Below, one piece after another: positions 1-8,908 of a stretch of DNA of 35,137 nt. The translations under genes and the position numbers were made by a program. The notes under the pieces are model-generated. The model ran no database searches. It was given only the letters and a program-made list of their open reading frames with translations, and was not told the DNA's origin. This DNA is from Clostridia bacterium (GTDB lineage Bacteria > Bacillota > Clostridia > Oscillospirales > CAG-272). Position 1 is the stretch's first letter. Each line of letters starts with the position of its first letter. The stretch lies in NCBI GenBank assembly GCA_017453405.1, contig JAFTKF010000059.1, forward strand, positions 1 through 35,137, written 5' to 3'.

Positions 1-20
1 CAAAATCAAGAAAATTATTC

Positions 21-49
21 TTGTATTTTTATACATTTCGTGATAAAAT
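21..49 (+). promoter_or_regulatory. sigma-A type promoter (TTGTAT-17bp-TAAAAT, extended -10 TG)
   Basis: TTGTAT 21-26, TG 41-42, TAAAAT 44-49, upstream of the first CDS. Confidence 0.55.
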
Positions 50-122
50 AAATAAAAGAAACTATTTTTTAAAAAAGTTTTCCGCTTTCAGTATATGTCA
101 GCGGCAAAGAAAGGACACGACT

Positions 123-1019
123 ATGACTCTTGTTATTCTGGCAGCGGGTCTCGGCTCGCGCTACGGCGGTCTCAAGCAGATCGACCCCATCACCACCCAC
201 GGAGAATTTATCATCGACTATTCGATCTACGATGCGATCGAAGCAGGCTTTGACCGCGTGGTCTTTTTGATCAAGAAGGAAAATCTCGATGCCTTCAAGG
301 AAACCATTGCCGACAGAATCGCTCCCTTCACCAAGATCGACTTTGCCTTCCAGTCTCTCGATATGATCCCCGAAGGCTTTGAAGTGCCTGCGGAAAGAAC
401 CAAGCCCTGGGGCACTGCCCACGCGGTTCTTTGCTGTCGCGAGGTCGTGGGCAACGACAACTTCGCCGTCATCAATGCCGATGACTTTTACGGCAGAGAA
501 GCCTTTGTGGAAATGGCAAAGGTACTCTCGGGCGACAGAACCTCCCGTTACGTTATGGCAGGCTACATTCTCGACAACACCCTGACCGACAATGGCAGTG
601 TGGCACGCGGCGTTTGCAAGACCGAAAACGGCAAGCTGGTCTCGATCGAAGAGCACACCAAGATCTATCGCGATGGCGAGAAGGTATTCTGCGCCTGCCG
701 CGAGGATGTGCATCCCATTGACCGCTACAGCCCCGTTTCGATGAACTTCTTCGGCTTTGCTCCCGATGTATTTGATATCTTTGAGCGCGAATTCAAGAAA
801 TTCCTCACCGAAAAGAAGGGTGAGCTCAAAGCCGAGTTCTTTATTCCGCTTGCCCTGTCGGGTGCTATGGCTTCAGGCGAATGCACGGTGGATGTCTTCC
901 CCACCGATGCCAAGTGGTTTGGTGTGACCTATGCCGCCGACAAGCCCGGCGTTGTTCAGAAAATCAAGGAAATGACCGAAAACGGCACGTATCCCGACGG
1001 TCTTTGGATCAACCGCTGA
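123..1019 (+). CDS. sugar-phosphate nucleotidyltransferase (NTP_transferase family)
   Basis: N-terminal LVILAAGLGSRYGGLKQ signature, KPWGTAHA and INADDFYG motifs; start moved to ATG 123 after RBS AGAAAGGA. Confidence 0.88.
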   Translation: MTLVILAAGLGSRYGGLKQIDPITTHGEFIIDYSIYDAIEAGFDRVVFLIKKENLDAFKETIADRIAPFTKIDFAFQSLDMIPEGFEVPAERTKPWGTAHAVLCCREVVGNDNFAVINADDFYGREAFVEMAKVLSGDRTSRYVMAGYILDNTLTDNGSVARGVCKTENGKLVSIEEHTKIYRDGEKVFCACREDVHPIDRYSPVSMNFFGFAPDVFDIFEREFKKFLTEKKGELKAEFFIPLALSGAMASGECTVDVFPTDAKWFGVTYAADKPGVVQKIKEMTENGTYPDGLWINR

Positions 1020-2068
1020 TGGCACTCACCGATTTCGAACTCAAAGAGATCCTTACGTCCTTTGGGATCACCCCCGTTGCCATCACGCCCTGCTCGATCG
1101 GGCTGATCAACGCAACCTACTTCGTTGACACATCCGATCGCCGCTATGTCCTGCAGCGCATCAATACCGCTGTTTTTTCCGACCCACGGGGCGTCATGGA
1201 CAATATCGCTTCGGTCACCGCGCATTTACGGGAAAAGGGGATCAGCACCCTGACCTTTCTCCCTGCCGATGACGGAAACTGCTATCTTGAAAACGAGCAC
1301 GGCTTTTTCCGCCTGTCTCTTTGCCTTGACGGCAAGACCTACAACGAAGCCACTCCCGAGCTGTTAGAAAAAGCGGCAGAGGCATTCGGCGAATTCCAAT
1401 ACGCGCTCACCGATTTTGATGCTTCGCTTCTCAAAGAGACCATTCCTGACTTCCATAACACCCCCGTCCGCACAGAAGCGCTGTGGGAGGCGGTTGCCAT
1501 CGCCCCGAATGAGCGCATTGCCGCGGCGGTCGATGCCATCCAGCAAGCCAAGCAGTTCTCCTCACAGGCATCCTATATTATGTCGCTTCTGTCAAGAGGG
1601 GATCTTCCCTTGCGCGTCGTCCATAATGACACCAAGGTCAACAATGTCCTGCTCGCTGAGGACGGCACTGCCACCGTGCTTGACCTCGACACCGTGATGC
1701 CCGGCAGTCTGCTTTTTGACTTCGGGGATGCCATCCGCTCGGGCGCTTCCACAAAACCCGAAGGGGATGGGGATATCGAGGGCTTTGCCATCGACAAGGA
1801 ACGCTATGAAGCCTTTCTGCGCGGCTTTCTCAAGGGCATCCGCGGCGCTCTCACACCCAACGAGCAAAAGCTTCTGCCCTTCGGTGCTTTCGTTCTGGCA
1901 TACGAACTGGGCGTGCGCTTTCTTACCGACTATCTGAGGGGCGACGTCTATTTCCGCACAAGCTATCCCGAGGAAAATCTGATCCGTGCCAAGGGTCAGC
2001 TTGCCCTTGCCAAAAACATCTTCTTCCGTCTTGACGAGCTTTCGGCTTTGACGAAGAAATACATCTGA
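1019..2068 (+). CDS. APH-fold phosphotransferase, N-acetylhexosamine 1-kinase (NahK)-like
   Basis: GLINATY P-loop, YVLQRIN, HNDTKVNN catalytic loop, DLDT, DFGDAIR; ATG overlaps the upstream TGA (TGATG). Confidence 0.8.
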   Translation: MALTDFELKEILTSFGITPVAITPCSIGLINATYFVDTSDRRYVLQRINTAVFSDPRGVMDNIASVTAHLREKGISTLTFLPADDGNCYLENEHGFFRLSLCLDGKTYNEATPELLEKAAEAFGEFQYALTDFDASLLKETIPDFHNTPVRTEALWEAVAIAPNERIAAAVDAIQQAKQFSSQASYIMSLLSRGDLPLRVVHNDTKVNNVLLAEDGTATVLDLDTVMPGSLLFDFGDAIRSGASTKPEGDGDIEGFAIDKERYEAFLRGFLKGIRGALTPNEQKLLPFGAFVLAYELGVRFLTDYLRGDVYFRTSYPEENLIRAKGQLALAKNIFFRLDELSALTKKYI

Positions 2069-2091
2069 TTGATTCCGCAAGGATTCGGTAT

Positions 2092-2132
2092 GCGTAAATT
2101 TTTCACGCAAAAATGCGTGAAAAAATTCACGC
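2092..2132. repeat. long imperfect inverted repeat in the kinase-galE spacer
   Basis: GCGTAAATTTTTCACGCA-aaaa-TGCGTGAAAAAATTCACGC. Confidence 0.6.
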
Positions 2133-2216
2133 GGTAATTGCTGCTTTGCTATGTAGTAGCAGCAGCGATCTTGCTTTGCAAAACCACCCGCAATTTCCCA
2201 AAGAAAGGTGATGTTT

Positions 2217-3212
2217 ATGATTTTAGTAACCGGCGGTACGGGCTATATCGGCTCACATACCGTAGTCGAGCTGCAGTCCTGCGGCAAAGAGGTTGTCATT
2301 ATCGACAATCTTTCCAATTCCAAGCGTGAGGTCGTGGACGCGATCGAAACCATCAGCGGCAAACGCCCGATCTTTATCGAGGGCGATATCTGCGACGAAG
2401 CGGTACTGACGCAGGTGTTCGAGACCTATCCCATTGATGCCGTGATCCATTTCGCGGGTCTGAAGGCGGTGGGCGAAAGCGTTGCAAAACCGCTTGAATA
2501 CTACACCAACAACATCGTGGGCACACTCACGCTGGTGGGTGTGATGCGCCGTTTCGGTACGAAAAAGCTGGTCTTTTCCTCTTCGGCAACGGTATACGGA
2601 CAGAACAATCCCGTGCCCTTTACCGAGGATATGCCCCGCTCCTCGACCACCAATCCTTACGGCGAATCCAAGGTGATGCAGGAACGGATCCTTGAAGACA
2701 TCGCCGCAGCCGATCCTACGCTGTCGATCGCACTGCTTCGCTATTTCAATCCCATCGGCTCGCACGAGTCGGGCTTGATCGGAGACGACCCCAACGGCAT
2801 TCCGAACAACCTGATGCCCTATGTTTGCCGCGTGGCAACCGGGAAATTGCCGATCCTCAACATTTTCGGCAACGATTACCCCACCCCCGACGGCACGTGT
2901 CTGCGCGACTACATCCACGTGGTGGATCTTGCCAAGGGTCACATTGCCGCCCTTGACTATCTGAACACCCATACCGGCACGCTTACCGTCAATCTCGGCA
3001 CGGGCAAGGGCTCATCGGTCATCGACATCGTCAAGGCGTTTGAAAAGGCATCGGGCAAGCCCCTGCCGCATCAATTCGCCCCCCGCCGTGCGGGTGACAT
3101 TGCCGAATGCTATGCCTCGACCGAAAAGGCGAAAGCCTTGCTTGGCTGGACGGCAACCAAAACGCTTGACGAAATGTGCCGCGACAGCTATCTTTACGCC
3201 AAAACCCACTAA
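2217..3212 (+). CDS. galE: UDP-glucose 4-epimerase
   Basis: GGTGYIGSH Rossmann motif, HFAGLKAVGES, SSSATVYG, YGESK (YxxxK), LRYFNP, RDYIHVVDLAKGH. Confidence 0.95.
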   Translation: MILVTGGTGYIGSHTVVELQSCGKEVVIIDNLSNSKREVVDAIETISGKRPIFIEGDICDEAVLTQVFETYPIDAVIHFAGLKAVGESVAKPLEYYTNNIVGTLTLVGVMRRFGTKKLVFSSSATVYGQNNPVPFTEDMPRSSTTNPYGESKVMQERILEDIAAADPTLSIALLRYFNPIGSHESGLIGDDPNGIPNNLMPYVCRVATGKLPILNIFGNDYPTPDGTCLRDYIHVVDLAKGHIAALDYLNTHTGTLTVNLGTGKGSSVIDIVKAFEKASGKPLPHQFAPRRAGDIAECYASTEKAKALLGWTATKTLDEMCRDSYLYAKTH

Positions 3213-3236
3213 GACTTTCAAAAAGGAACAACTGCT

Positions 3237-3830
3237 ATGAAAGAATGTACCCTTTGTGCCAAAGGCATTGATCACATCAAAGAGCCTGCACTTTTGTTCA
3301 TCGGTAAATACGGCAGACGCTATGAGATCTGTCTGGAATGCGAAGAGCTGATGGATACGCTGGTTTCCGGTGAATACGAAAGCGAGCGCAAAAACGCGGG
3401 TAAGACCGTCTACCGCTATCTCTTTGAGCGCGAGGGCGATCCCATCAGCGGCGAGGTGGTAAGCTTTTTTAAGGATCTTCTCGCCGAAGGCTCGGAATTG
3501 ATGCAGACCGCGCAGGAAAATCTCGACGAATACGAACGCGAAGAAGAACAGCGGCGTCTGGAAGCCGAAGAAGCCGCCAAAAAAGCCCTGCTTGCCGCCG
3601 AAGAAGCTACAGCCGTTGCCGTGGACGAAGCTTCGATCAGTGAGGAAGAGTTTTTAAAGGACGAAACAGAACCCCTCTCGCTGAAGGTAAGGATTCTCTT
3701 TTTTCTGCTTTTCACCCTGCTGGCGGCAGGAGCGGTGACCTACGGCATTCTGCAATCGAATACCGTGTCGATCGTCATCGGCGCTATCGTCTTTCTTTTG
3801 GGGGCAGTATCCTCTTTTTCCAAAGGTTAA
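3237..3830 (+). CDS. hypothetical membrane-anchored protein with an N-terminal CxxC..CxxC motif
   Basis: RBS AAAGGA; CTLC and CLEC pairs, acidic helical linker, two C-terminal hydrophobic helices. Confidence 0.7.
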   Translation: MKECTLCAKGIDHIKEPALLFIGKYGRRYEICLECEELMDTLVSGEYESERKNAGKTVYRYLFEREGDPISGEVVSFFKDLLAEGSELMQTAQENLDEYEREEEQRRLEAEEAAKKALLAAEEATAVAVDEASISEEEFLKDETEPLSLKVRILFFLLFTLLAAGAVTYGILQSNTVSIVIGAIVFLLGAVSSFSKG

Positions 3831-3863
3831 TTACGTTTCATCACAAAATAAAGGAATACAGTT

Positions 3864-6083
3864 ATGATCACTCTTCACTCTTCCGCTGTCGTTTATGAAA
3901 AGGGCGCGTTTCGAAAGGCACAGCCTGCCGATGTTGCCGCACGCAACAAAACGATGGCATATCCGATTCTGACAAGTCACAGCATCAACGATTCTGACAG
4001 TCAGCTCAAGATCCGCTTTGATGCGATGGCATCGCACGATATCACCTATGTGGGTATCATCCAGACCGCCCGCGCCTCCGGCCTTACGGAATTTCCTCTG
4101 CCCTATGTTCTTACCAACTGCCACAACTCGCTGTGCGCAGTCGGAGGCACGATCAACGAGGATGACCACGCCTTCGGTCTTTCGGCGGCGAAAAAATACG
4201 GCGGTATTTACGGACCCGCACATCAGGCGGTCATTCACTCCTATATGCGCGAAAACTTCGCGGGCTGCGGCAAAATGATCTTAGGCTCGGACTCGCACAC
4301 CCGTTACGGCGCTCTCGGTACGATGGCGATCGGCGAGGGCGGTCCTGAGCTTGTGAAGCAGCTTCTGAAGCGCACCTACGACATTCCCTATCCCGAGATC
4401 GTTGCCGTCAGACTGATCGGCGAGGTACGCCCCGGCGTCGGACCGCAGGACGTTGCCCTTGCCCTGATCGGTAAGGTCTTTGAGTCGGGCTTTGTCAAAA
4501 ACCGCGTGCTGGAATTCATCGGTGAGGGCATTGCCGCGCTTCCCATCGAATTCCGTAACGGCATTGATGTTATGACCACCGAAACCACCTGCCTTTCCTC
4601 GATCTGGGTAACCGACGAAAAGACAAAGGCATACCTTGACAATCACGGTCGCGGCGAGGAATATCATAAGCTAGCCCCCGAAGAGGGTGCTTACTACGAC
4701 CGTGCGATCACGATCGACCTTTCCCGTGTGGAAAGTATGATCGCGCTTCCCTTCCATCCGAGCAATGTATACACCGTGCGCGAATTTTTAAACAATGCGC
4801 CCGCGATCCTTGCTGCCTGCGAAGCCTATGCCGAAGACAATCTCGGCGTGAAAAAAGGCGCGCTTGACCTTGTCGGCAAGTACCGCGACGGCAGTTTTTA
4901 TGTCGATCAGGGTGTGATTGCCGGCTGTGCGGGCGGTATTTTCGATAATCTGTCGGCGGCGGCAGACATTCTGAAGGATCAGAAAACCGGAAGCGGCGAC
5001 TTCTCGCTGTCGGTCTATCCCGCCTCGACCTCGGTGATGACCGAAACCTTCCGCCACGGCATTGCCAACACCCTCGTACAGGCAGGTGCTACCTACCGCT
5101 CCGCCTTCTGCGGACCTTGCTTCGGCGCGGGCGATGTTCCGAAAAACAACGGCATTTCGCTTCGCCACACCACAAGAAACTTCCCGATGCGTGAGGGCGC
5201 GAAGCCCAAGGACAATCAGATCGCCTGCGTTGCCCTTGCCGATGCCCGTACCATTGCGGCAACCGCGGCAAACGGCGGTAAGCTGACGCCTGCCGATTCG
5301 CTGGCTGTCACCTATACCGAACGCGAGTATGTCTTTGACAAAACGCCCTACGACGCGCGTGTCTATAACGGCTTCGGCAATCCGATCCCCGAGACCGAGC
5401 TGGTCTTTGGTCCCAATATCACCGACTGGCCGACCTTCTATCCCCTTGCTGACAAATTACTGCTGTCGGTGGCGTCGGTCATTACCGACAAGATCACCAC
5501 GACCGACGAGCTGATCCCCTCGGGAGATACCTCTTCCTACCGCTCGAATCCCGAAAAGCTGTCAAGCTTTGCGCTGTCGCGTAAAGATCCCGCCTATGTC
5601 GGACGTGCCAAAGAGACAAGACAGCAGGAGAAGAACCGCAGAGAGGGCATTGAAAATCCCGATCTTTGCGAAGTCTTTGCACGTCTCGGTGTCAATGAGC
5701 CCGAGACTGTGATGCTGGCAAGCGTGGTCATGGCTGAGCGCCCCGGTGACGGCTCGGCAAGAGAGCAGGCGGCAAGCTGTCAGAGAGTCCTCGGCGGTGT
5801 TGCCAATATCGCGCTGGAATACGCTACCAAGCGCTATCGCTCCAATCTGATCAACTGGGGTATGCTCCCCTTCACCAGAAAGGAAACGATCCCTGCCGAG
5901 GTGGGTGACTATCTCTACTTTGACGGTATCCGCTCTGCTGTCGAACAGGGAGAGACCGAGATTCAGGCAACCCTTGTCCAAAAGGGCGACCTGATCCCCG
6001 TCACGCTCTACCTCGACGCTTTGACCAAGGAAGACCGTGATATTCTCCTTGACGGCTGTCTGATCAACTATTATAAACGCTGA
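3864..6083 (+). CDS. aconitase-family hydratase (YbhJ-like / clostridial aconitate hydratase)
   Basis: TNCHNS, GSDSHTR, Fe-S cysteines AGCAGG and CGPCFG, TTRNF, swivel domain ITTTDELIP and GSAREQA. Confidence 0.88.
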   Translation: MITLHSSAVVYEKGAFRKAQPADVAARNKTMAYPILTSHSINDSDSQLKIRFDAMASHDITYVGIIQTARASGLTEFPLPYVLTNCHNSLCAVGGTINEDDHAFGLSAAKKYGGIYGPAHQAVIHSYMRENFAGCGKMILGSDSHTRYGALGTMAIGEGGPELVKQLLKRTYDIPYPEIVAVRLIGEVRPGVGPQDVALALIGKVFESGFVKNRVLEFIGEGIAALPIEFRNGIDVMTTETTCLSSIWVTDEKTKAYLDNHGRGEEYHKLAPEEGAYYDRAITIDLSRVESMIALPFHPSNVYTVREFLNNAPAILAACEAYAEDNLGVKKGALDLVGKYRDGSFYVDQGVIAGCAGGIFDNLSAAADILKDQKTGSGDFSLSVYPASTSVMTETFRHGIANTLVQAGATYRSAFCGPCFGAGDVPKNNGISLRHTTRNFPMREGAKPKDNQIACVALADARTIAATAANGGKLTPADSLAVTYTEREYVFDKTPYDARVYNGFGNPIPETELVFGPNITDWPTFYPLADKLLLSVASVITDKITTTDELIPSGDTSSYRSNPEKLSSFALSRKDPAYVGRAKETRQQEKNRREGIENPDLCEVFARLGVNEPETVMLASVVMAERPGDGSAREQAASCQRVLGGVANIALEYATKRYRSNLINWGMLPFTRKETIPAEVGDYLYFDGIRSAVEQGETEIQATLVQKGDLIPVTLYLDALTKEDRDILLDGCLINYYKR

Positions 6084-6088
6084 TTTTC

Positions 6089-6126
6089 AAAGATCCCGAC
6101 CGATCGTGTCGGGATCTTTTCGTTTT
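6089..6126 (+). terminator. intrinsic terminator
   Basis: AAAGATCCCGAC / GTCGGGATCTTT stem followed by a T-rich tract directly after the hydratase stop. Confidence 0.8.
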
Positions 6127-6226
6127 GGTGGCTTCTGCGAAAGCGAAGGAGCGTCTCTTTTGATGGGACGGCTTGAAAAGCATCCCGATCCTTTCTGAAA
6201 AAATCCACCGGCTTTTGTGATATCTC

Positions 6227-6255
6227 TTGACAAAACAGGTCAAAAATGCTATACT
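6227..6255 (+). promoter_or_regulatory. sigma-A promoter TTGACA-17bp-TATACT with extended -10
   Basis: TTGACA 6227-6232, TGc-TATACT 6250-6255. Confidence 0.8.
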
Positions 6256-6285
6256 TTGTGCGCAATACTATTGATTGAGGCTTTT

Positions 6286-6969
6286 ATGAACACTGTCATT
6301 TTGATTCTTGAAATCATCGGCACGGTTGCTTTTGCGCTGTCGGGCGCAATGGTTGCCGTCAAACGCGGTATGGATATCTTCGGCGTGGCGATCCTTGGGC
6401 TGACCACCGCTTGCGGCGGCGGCATCATCCGCGATCTTTTGCTCGGCATTACGCCCCCCGGTGCGTTTGTCAATCCGGTCTATGCCTTTGTGGCGATCGG
6501 CACGGCAATTCTTGTCTTTCTTCCCTCGGTCAGACGGCTGTTTGCCAGCCGTCCGAAGCTGTTCGATGCCGTGATCCTTTGGATGGATTCGATCGGGCTT
6601 GGTCTTTTTACCGTCATCGGCATTCAGGTCGCCTATGCCAATACCGACACCTTCAGCATTTTTCTGTATCTCTTTCTCGGTGTCATCACCGGTGTCGGCG
6701 GCGGTGTGATGCGTGATGTGATGTCAAAAAACATTCCTTACATATTCATCAAGCATTTTTATGCCACCGCATCCCTGATCGGGGCTGCTGTCGCGATCGT
6801 GTTTCTGTATTTCGACCTTGAATTCATCGGCATTCTGGCAGGGGCTGTCACCGTCACGGTCCTGCGCCTCTTTGCCGCACACTTCCGCTGGTCGCTACCC
6901 AAGGCACACGAGCTGACCGAAGCCGAGCTTTCTTCGCACCGATCCGACAAAGAACCCCTGCACAAGTAA
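6286..6969 (+). CDS. trimeric intracellular cation channel (TRIC)/UPF0126 YadS-like membrane protein
   Basis: duplicated GTVAFALSGA / GGGIIRDLL / GGGVMRDVM motifs, about 7 TM; start ATG 6286 after GAGG. Confidence 0.88.
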   Translation: MNTVILILEIIGTVAFALSGAMVAVKRGMDIFGVAILGLTTACGGGIIRDLLLGITPPGAFVNPVYAFVAIGTAILVFLPSVRRLFASRPKLFDAVILWMDSIGLGLFTVIGIQVAYANTDTFSIFLYLFLGVITGVGGGVMRDVMSKNIPYIFIKHFYATASLIGAAVAIVFLYFDLEFIGILAGAVTVTVLRLFAAHFRWSLPKAHELTEAELSSHRSDKEPLHK

Positions 6970-7004
6970 TTTTGTGAACATTTTGTAAAGATTTACAAAA
7001 ATCC

Positions 7005-7030
7005 GTAACCGCAGTTCCTCTTTTTCCGTC
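7005..7030 (+). promoter_or_regulatory. putative ECF-sigma promoter (GTAACC-16bp-CGTC)
   Basis: AAC core at -35 and CGTC at -10 with ECF-like spacing; preceded by the palindrome TTTTGTAAA-ga-TTTACAAAA at 6981-7000. Confidence 0.45.
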
Positions 7031-7084
7031 TTATTGGGTGAAGCTCCTCACCGCTTTGACACGATACAAGAAAGGAAATCTGCT

Positions 7085-7957
7085 ATGAAGCCTGAAACGA
7101 TCCTGAAAAAAAGCCTGTCGATCCTTCTCGTTTTTCTGATGCTTTGCCCATTACTGCTTTTGTCATCCTGCAGTACCAATCGCATTTTGTGCGAGACCGA
7201 CAGCTATATCATCGAACACCGCGACGGGGCGTGCTTTCTCAATTTCAAAGAGGGTAACCAAAAGGATTCTCTTTCGATCGGGGGCTGTATCGTTTATGAC
7301 GAGCGGATACAGTTTGACTCTGCCGAAGCGATGAAGGATACGCTGTTAAACGGCACTTTGGAGGAAGATCAGCTCTTTACCATTCGCAATTTCTTTCCGC
7401 GCAACGAGGACGACAGCATCATCCTGCCCGATCCCGAAGCCATCCTCCTGCCCGCTCTGCCCGATTCCCACTTCCTTTACAGAATCTCGCTTTATGGAGA
7501 TTCGTATCTCTATACGATCCGCAAAAGCAAAGCGCCCGAGGATGTCTCGCCCTTTTATGAATCGGCACATTTTTATATCATCGACAAGGATGAATATGAC
7601 GAGCGGCTTGCCTTTCACGACCGCTTTCTCAAAGAGGATACCTCTGCCTTTCCCGAGCTTTGTGCCATTGCCACCGACGAAGAGGGACTCCGCATTTTCG
7701 AATATATGACAGCGAGCGGAAAGATCCGCCATCTGCAGTATATGTTCAGAGAAGAGGGCAAGACGGTTTATGTGGATGAAAGCTATCGCATTGAAGGCTC
7801 AGAGGCGTATCCGAACGCCATCGTTTCCGAAACCGATCCGCTGGAGATCCGTTTTACCGGCGTTGACGGCTCACACTATTTTTACTGCTCTATGGGTACG
7901 GACATAAAACCCACCGCCGACTGGTATCTTGCCTTTGGCGTCACATCCCCGAACTGA
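7085..7957 (+). CDS. hypothetical lipoprotein
   Basis: RBS AGAAAGGA; basic N-terminus, hydrophobic stretch and lipobox LSSC; acidic mature domain with no family recognised. Confidence 0.72.
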   Translation: MKPETILKKSLSILLVFLMLCPLLLLSSCSTNRILCETDSYIIEHRDGACFLNFKEGNQKDSLSIGGCIVYDERIQFDSAEAMKDTLLNGTLEEDQLFTIRNFFPRNEDDSIILPDPEAILLPALPDSHFLYRISLYGDSYLYTIRKSKAPEDVSPFYESAHFYIIDKDEYDERLAFHDRFLKEDTSAFPELCAIATDEEGLRIFEYMTASGKIRHLQYMFREEGKTVYVDESYRIEGSEAYPNAIVSETDPLEIRFTGVDGSHYFYCSMGTDIKPTADWYLAFGVTSPN

Positions 7958-7962
7958 TCCCT

Positions 7963-8000
7963 ACGCCCTTCCGATCGCGTATCGGAAGGGCGTTTTCTTT
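7963..8000 (+). terminator. intrinsic terminator
   Basis: 13-bp stem ACGCCCTTCCGAT / ATCGGAAGGGCGT followed by TTTCTTT. Confidence 0.82.
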
Positions 8001-8076
8001 GTCATACCAAGCCTTTCAACAAAATTTTTAAATTTTATGTGCTATCATAAGAAAAAACGCAGGAAAGGACTTTTGT

Positions 8077-8775
8077 ATGACTGTCATTTCACTTTTTTCC
8101 AAGCTATGGGCAAAGCTGTTTCGCAAAAATAAGCGGCTGTTTTATATCAACGGTGCTGAAGCGCTGCCAAAGCCCCTCTCGCCCGAGGAGGAAGCGGCTC
8201 TGATCGAACGGATGGAGGAAGAGGATGCCGTGCGCGCCAAGCTGGTCGAACACAATCTCAGGCTGGTCGTCTATATCGCAAAAAAATTCGAAAACACAGG
8301 CGTGGGCATCGAAGATCTCATTTCGATCGGTACGATCGGACTTGTCAAGGCGATCAACACCTTTCGCCCCGAAAAAAATATCAAGCTTGCCACCTATGCC
8401 TCGCGCTGTATCGAAAATGAGATCTTAATGTTCTTGCGAAAGGGGCAGAACCTGCACGAGCTTTCTCTGGAAGAGCCACTGACGGGGGATAATGACGGCA
8501 ACGAGCTTTTGCTGTCCGACATTCTTGCTACCGACGATGAATCGGTCTTCAAGCAACTGGAAAGCGAGGAGGATCGCAAGATCCTGCACGCCGCCCTCAA
8601 TACCCTTGACGAGCGTGAGAAGATCATCATTTTCCTGCGCTTCGGCTTGATCGACGGCAAGGAAATGACCCAGAAGGAGGTTGCCGATCTGCTCGGCATC
8701 TCGCAATCCTACATATCCCGCCTTGAAAAAAAGATCATCGTGCGCCTTCGTGAGGAGATCGGTGACAAAATCTAG
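8077..8775 (+). CDS. sigE: sporulation sigma factor pro-SigE
   Basis: amphipathic pro-peptide then [12 protein letters not shown] (cf. SigE YIGGSEALPPPL), [53 protein letters not shown]. Confidence 0.9.
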   Translation: MTVISLFSKLWAKLFRKNKRLFYINGAEALPKPLSPEEEAALIERMEEEDAVRAKLVEHNLRLVVYIAKKFENTGVGIEDLISIGTIGLVKAINTFRPEKNIKLATYASRCIENEILMFLRKGQNLHELSLEEPLTGDNDGNELLLSDILATDDESVFKQLESEEDRKILHAALNTLDEREKIIIFLRFGLIDGKEMTQKEVADLLGISQSYISRLEKKIIVRLREEIGDKI

Positions 8776-8780
8776 AAAAA

Positions 8781-8792
8781 GAACAGATGTTC
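8781..8792. promoter_or_regulatory. LexA (SOS/Cheo) box GAAC-N4-GTTC
   Basis: GAACAGATGTTC upstream of lexA; a degenerate second site GCAC-AAAT-GTTT at 8828-8839 overlaps the -35. Confidence 0.8.
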
Positions 8793-8837
8793 ACAAAATA
8801 TTTACATTTTCCCCTTCAAAAAAATCCGCACAAATGT

Positions 8838-8866
8838 TTGCTTTTTCGGTGAGTTTGTGGTACAAT
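8838..8866 (+). promoter_or_regulatory. sigma-A promoter of lexA (TTGCTT-17bp-TACAAT, extended -10)
   Basis: TTGCTT 8838-8843, TGg-TACAAT 8861-8866. Confidence 0.7.
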
Positions 8867-8908
8867 GTAGTTGCTTGATCGTAACAATACCCACTTGTGG
8901 AGGAAACT

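Noticed and set aside
1019-2068. Aminoglycoside resistance gene
   Set aside because: APH fold only; motifs and context match sugar 1-kinases rather than APH resistance enzymes
6130-6192. Small hairpins (GCGAAAGC tetraloop; GGGAC..ATCCC) as a riboswitch for the TRIC/YadS gene
   Set aside because: They lie upstream of that gene's promoter, so would not be in its leader; no known aptamer consensus
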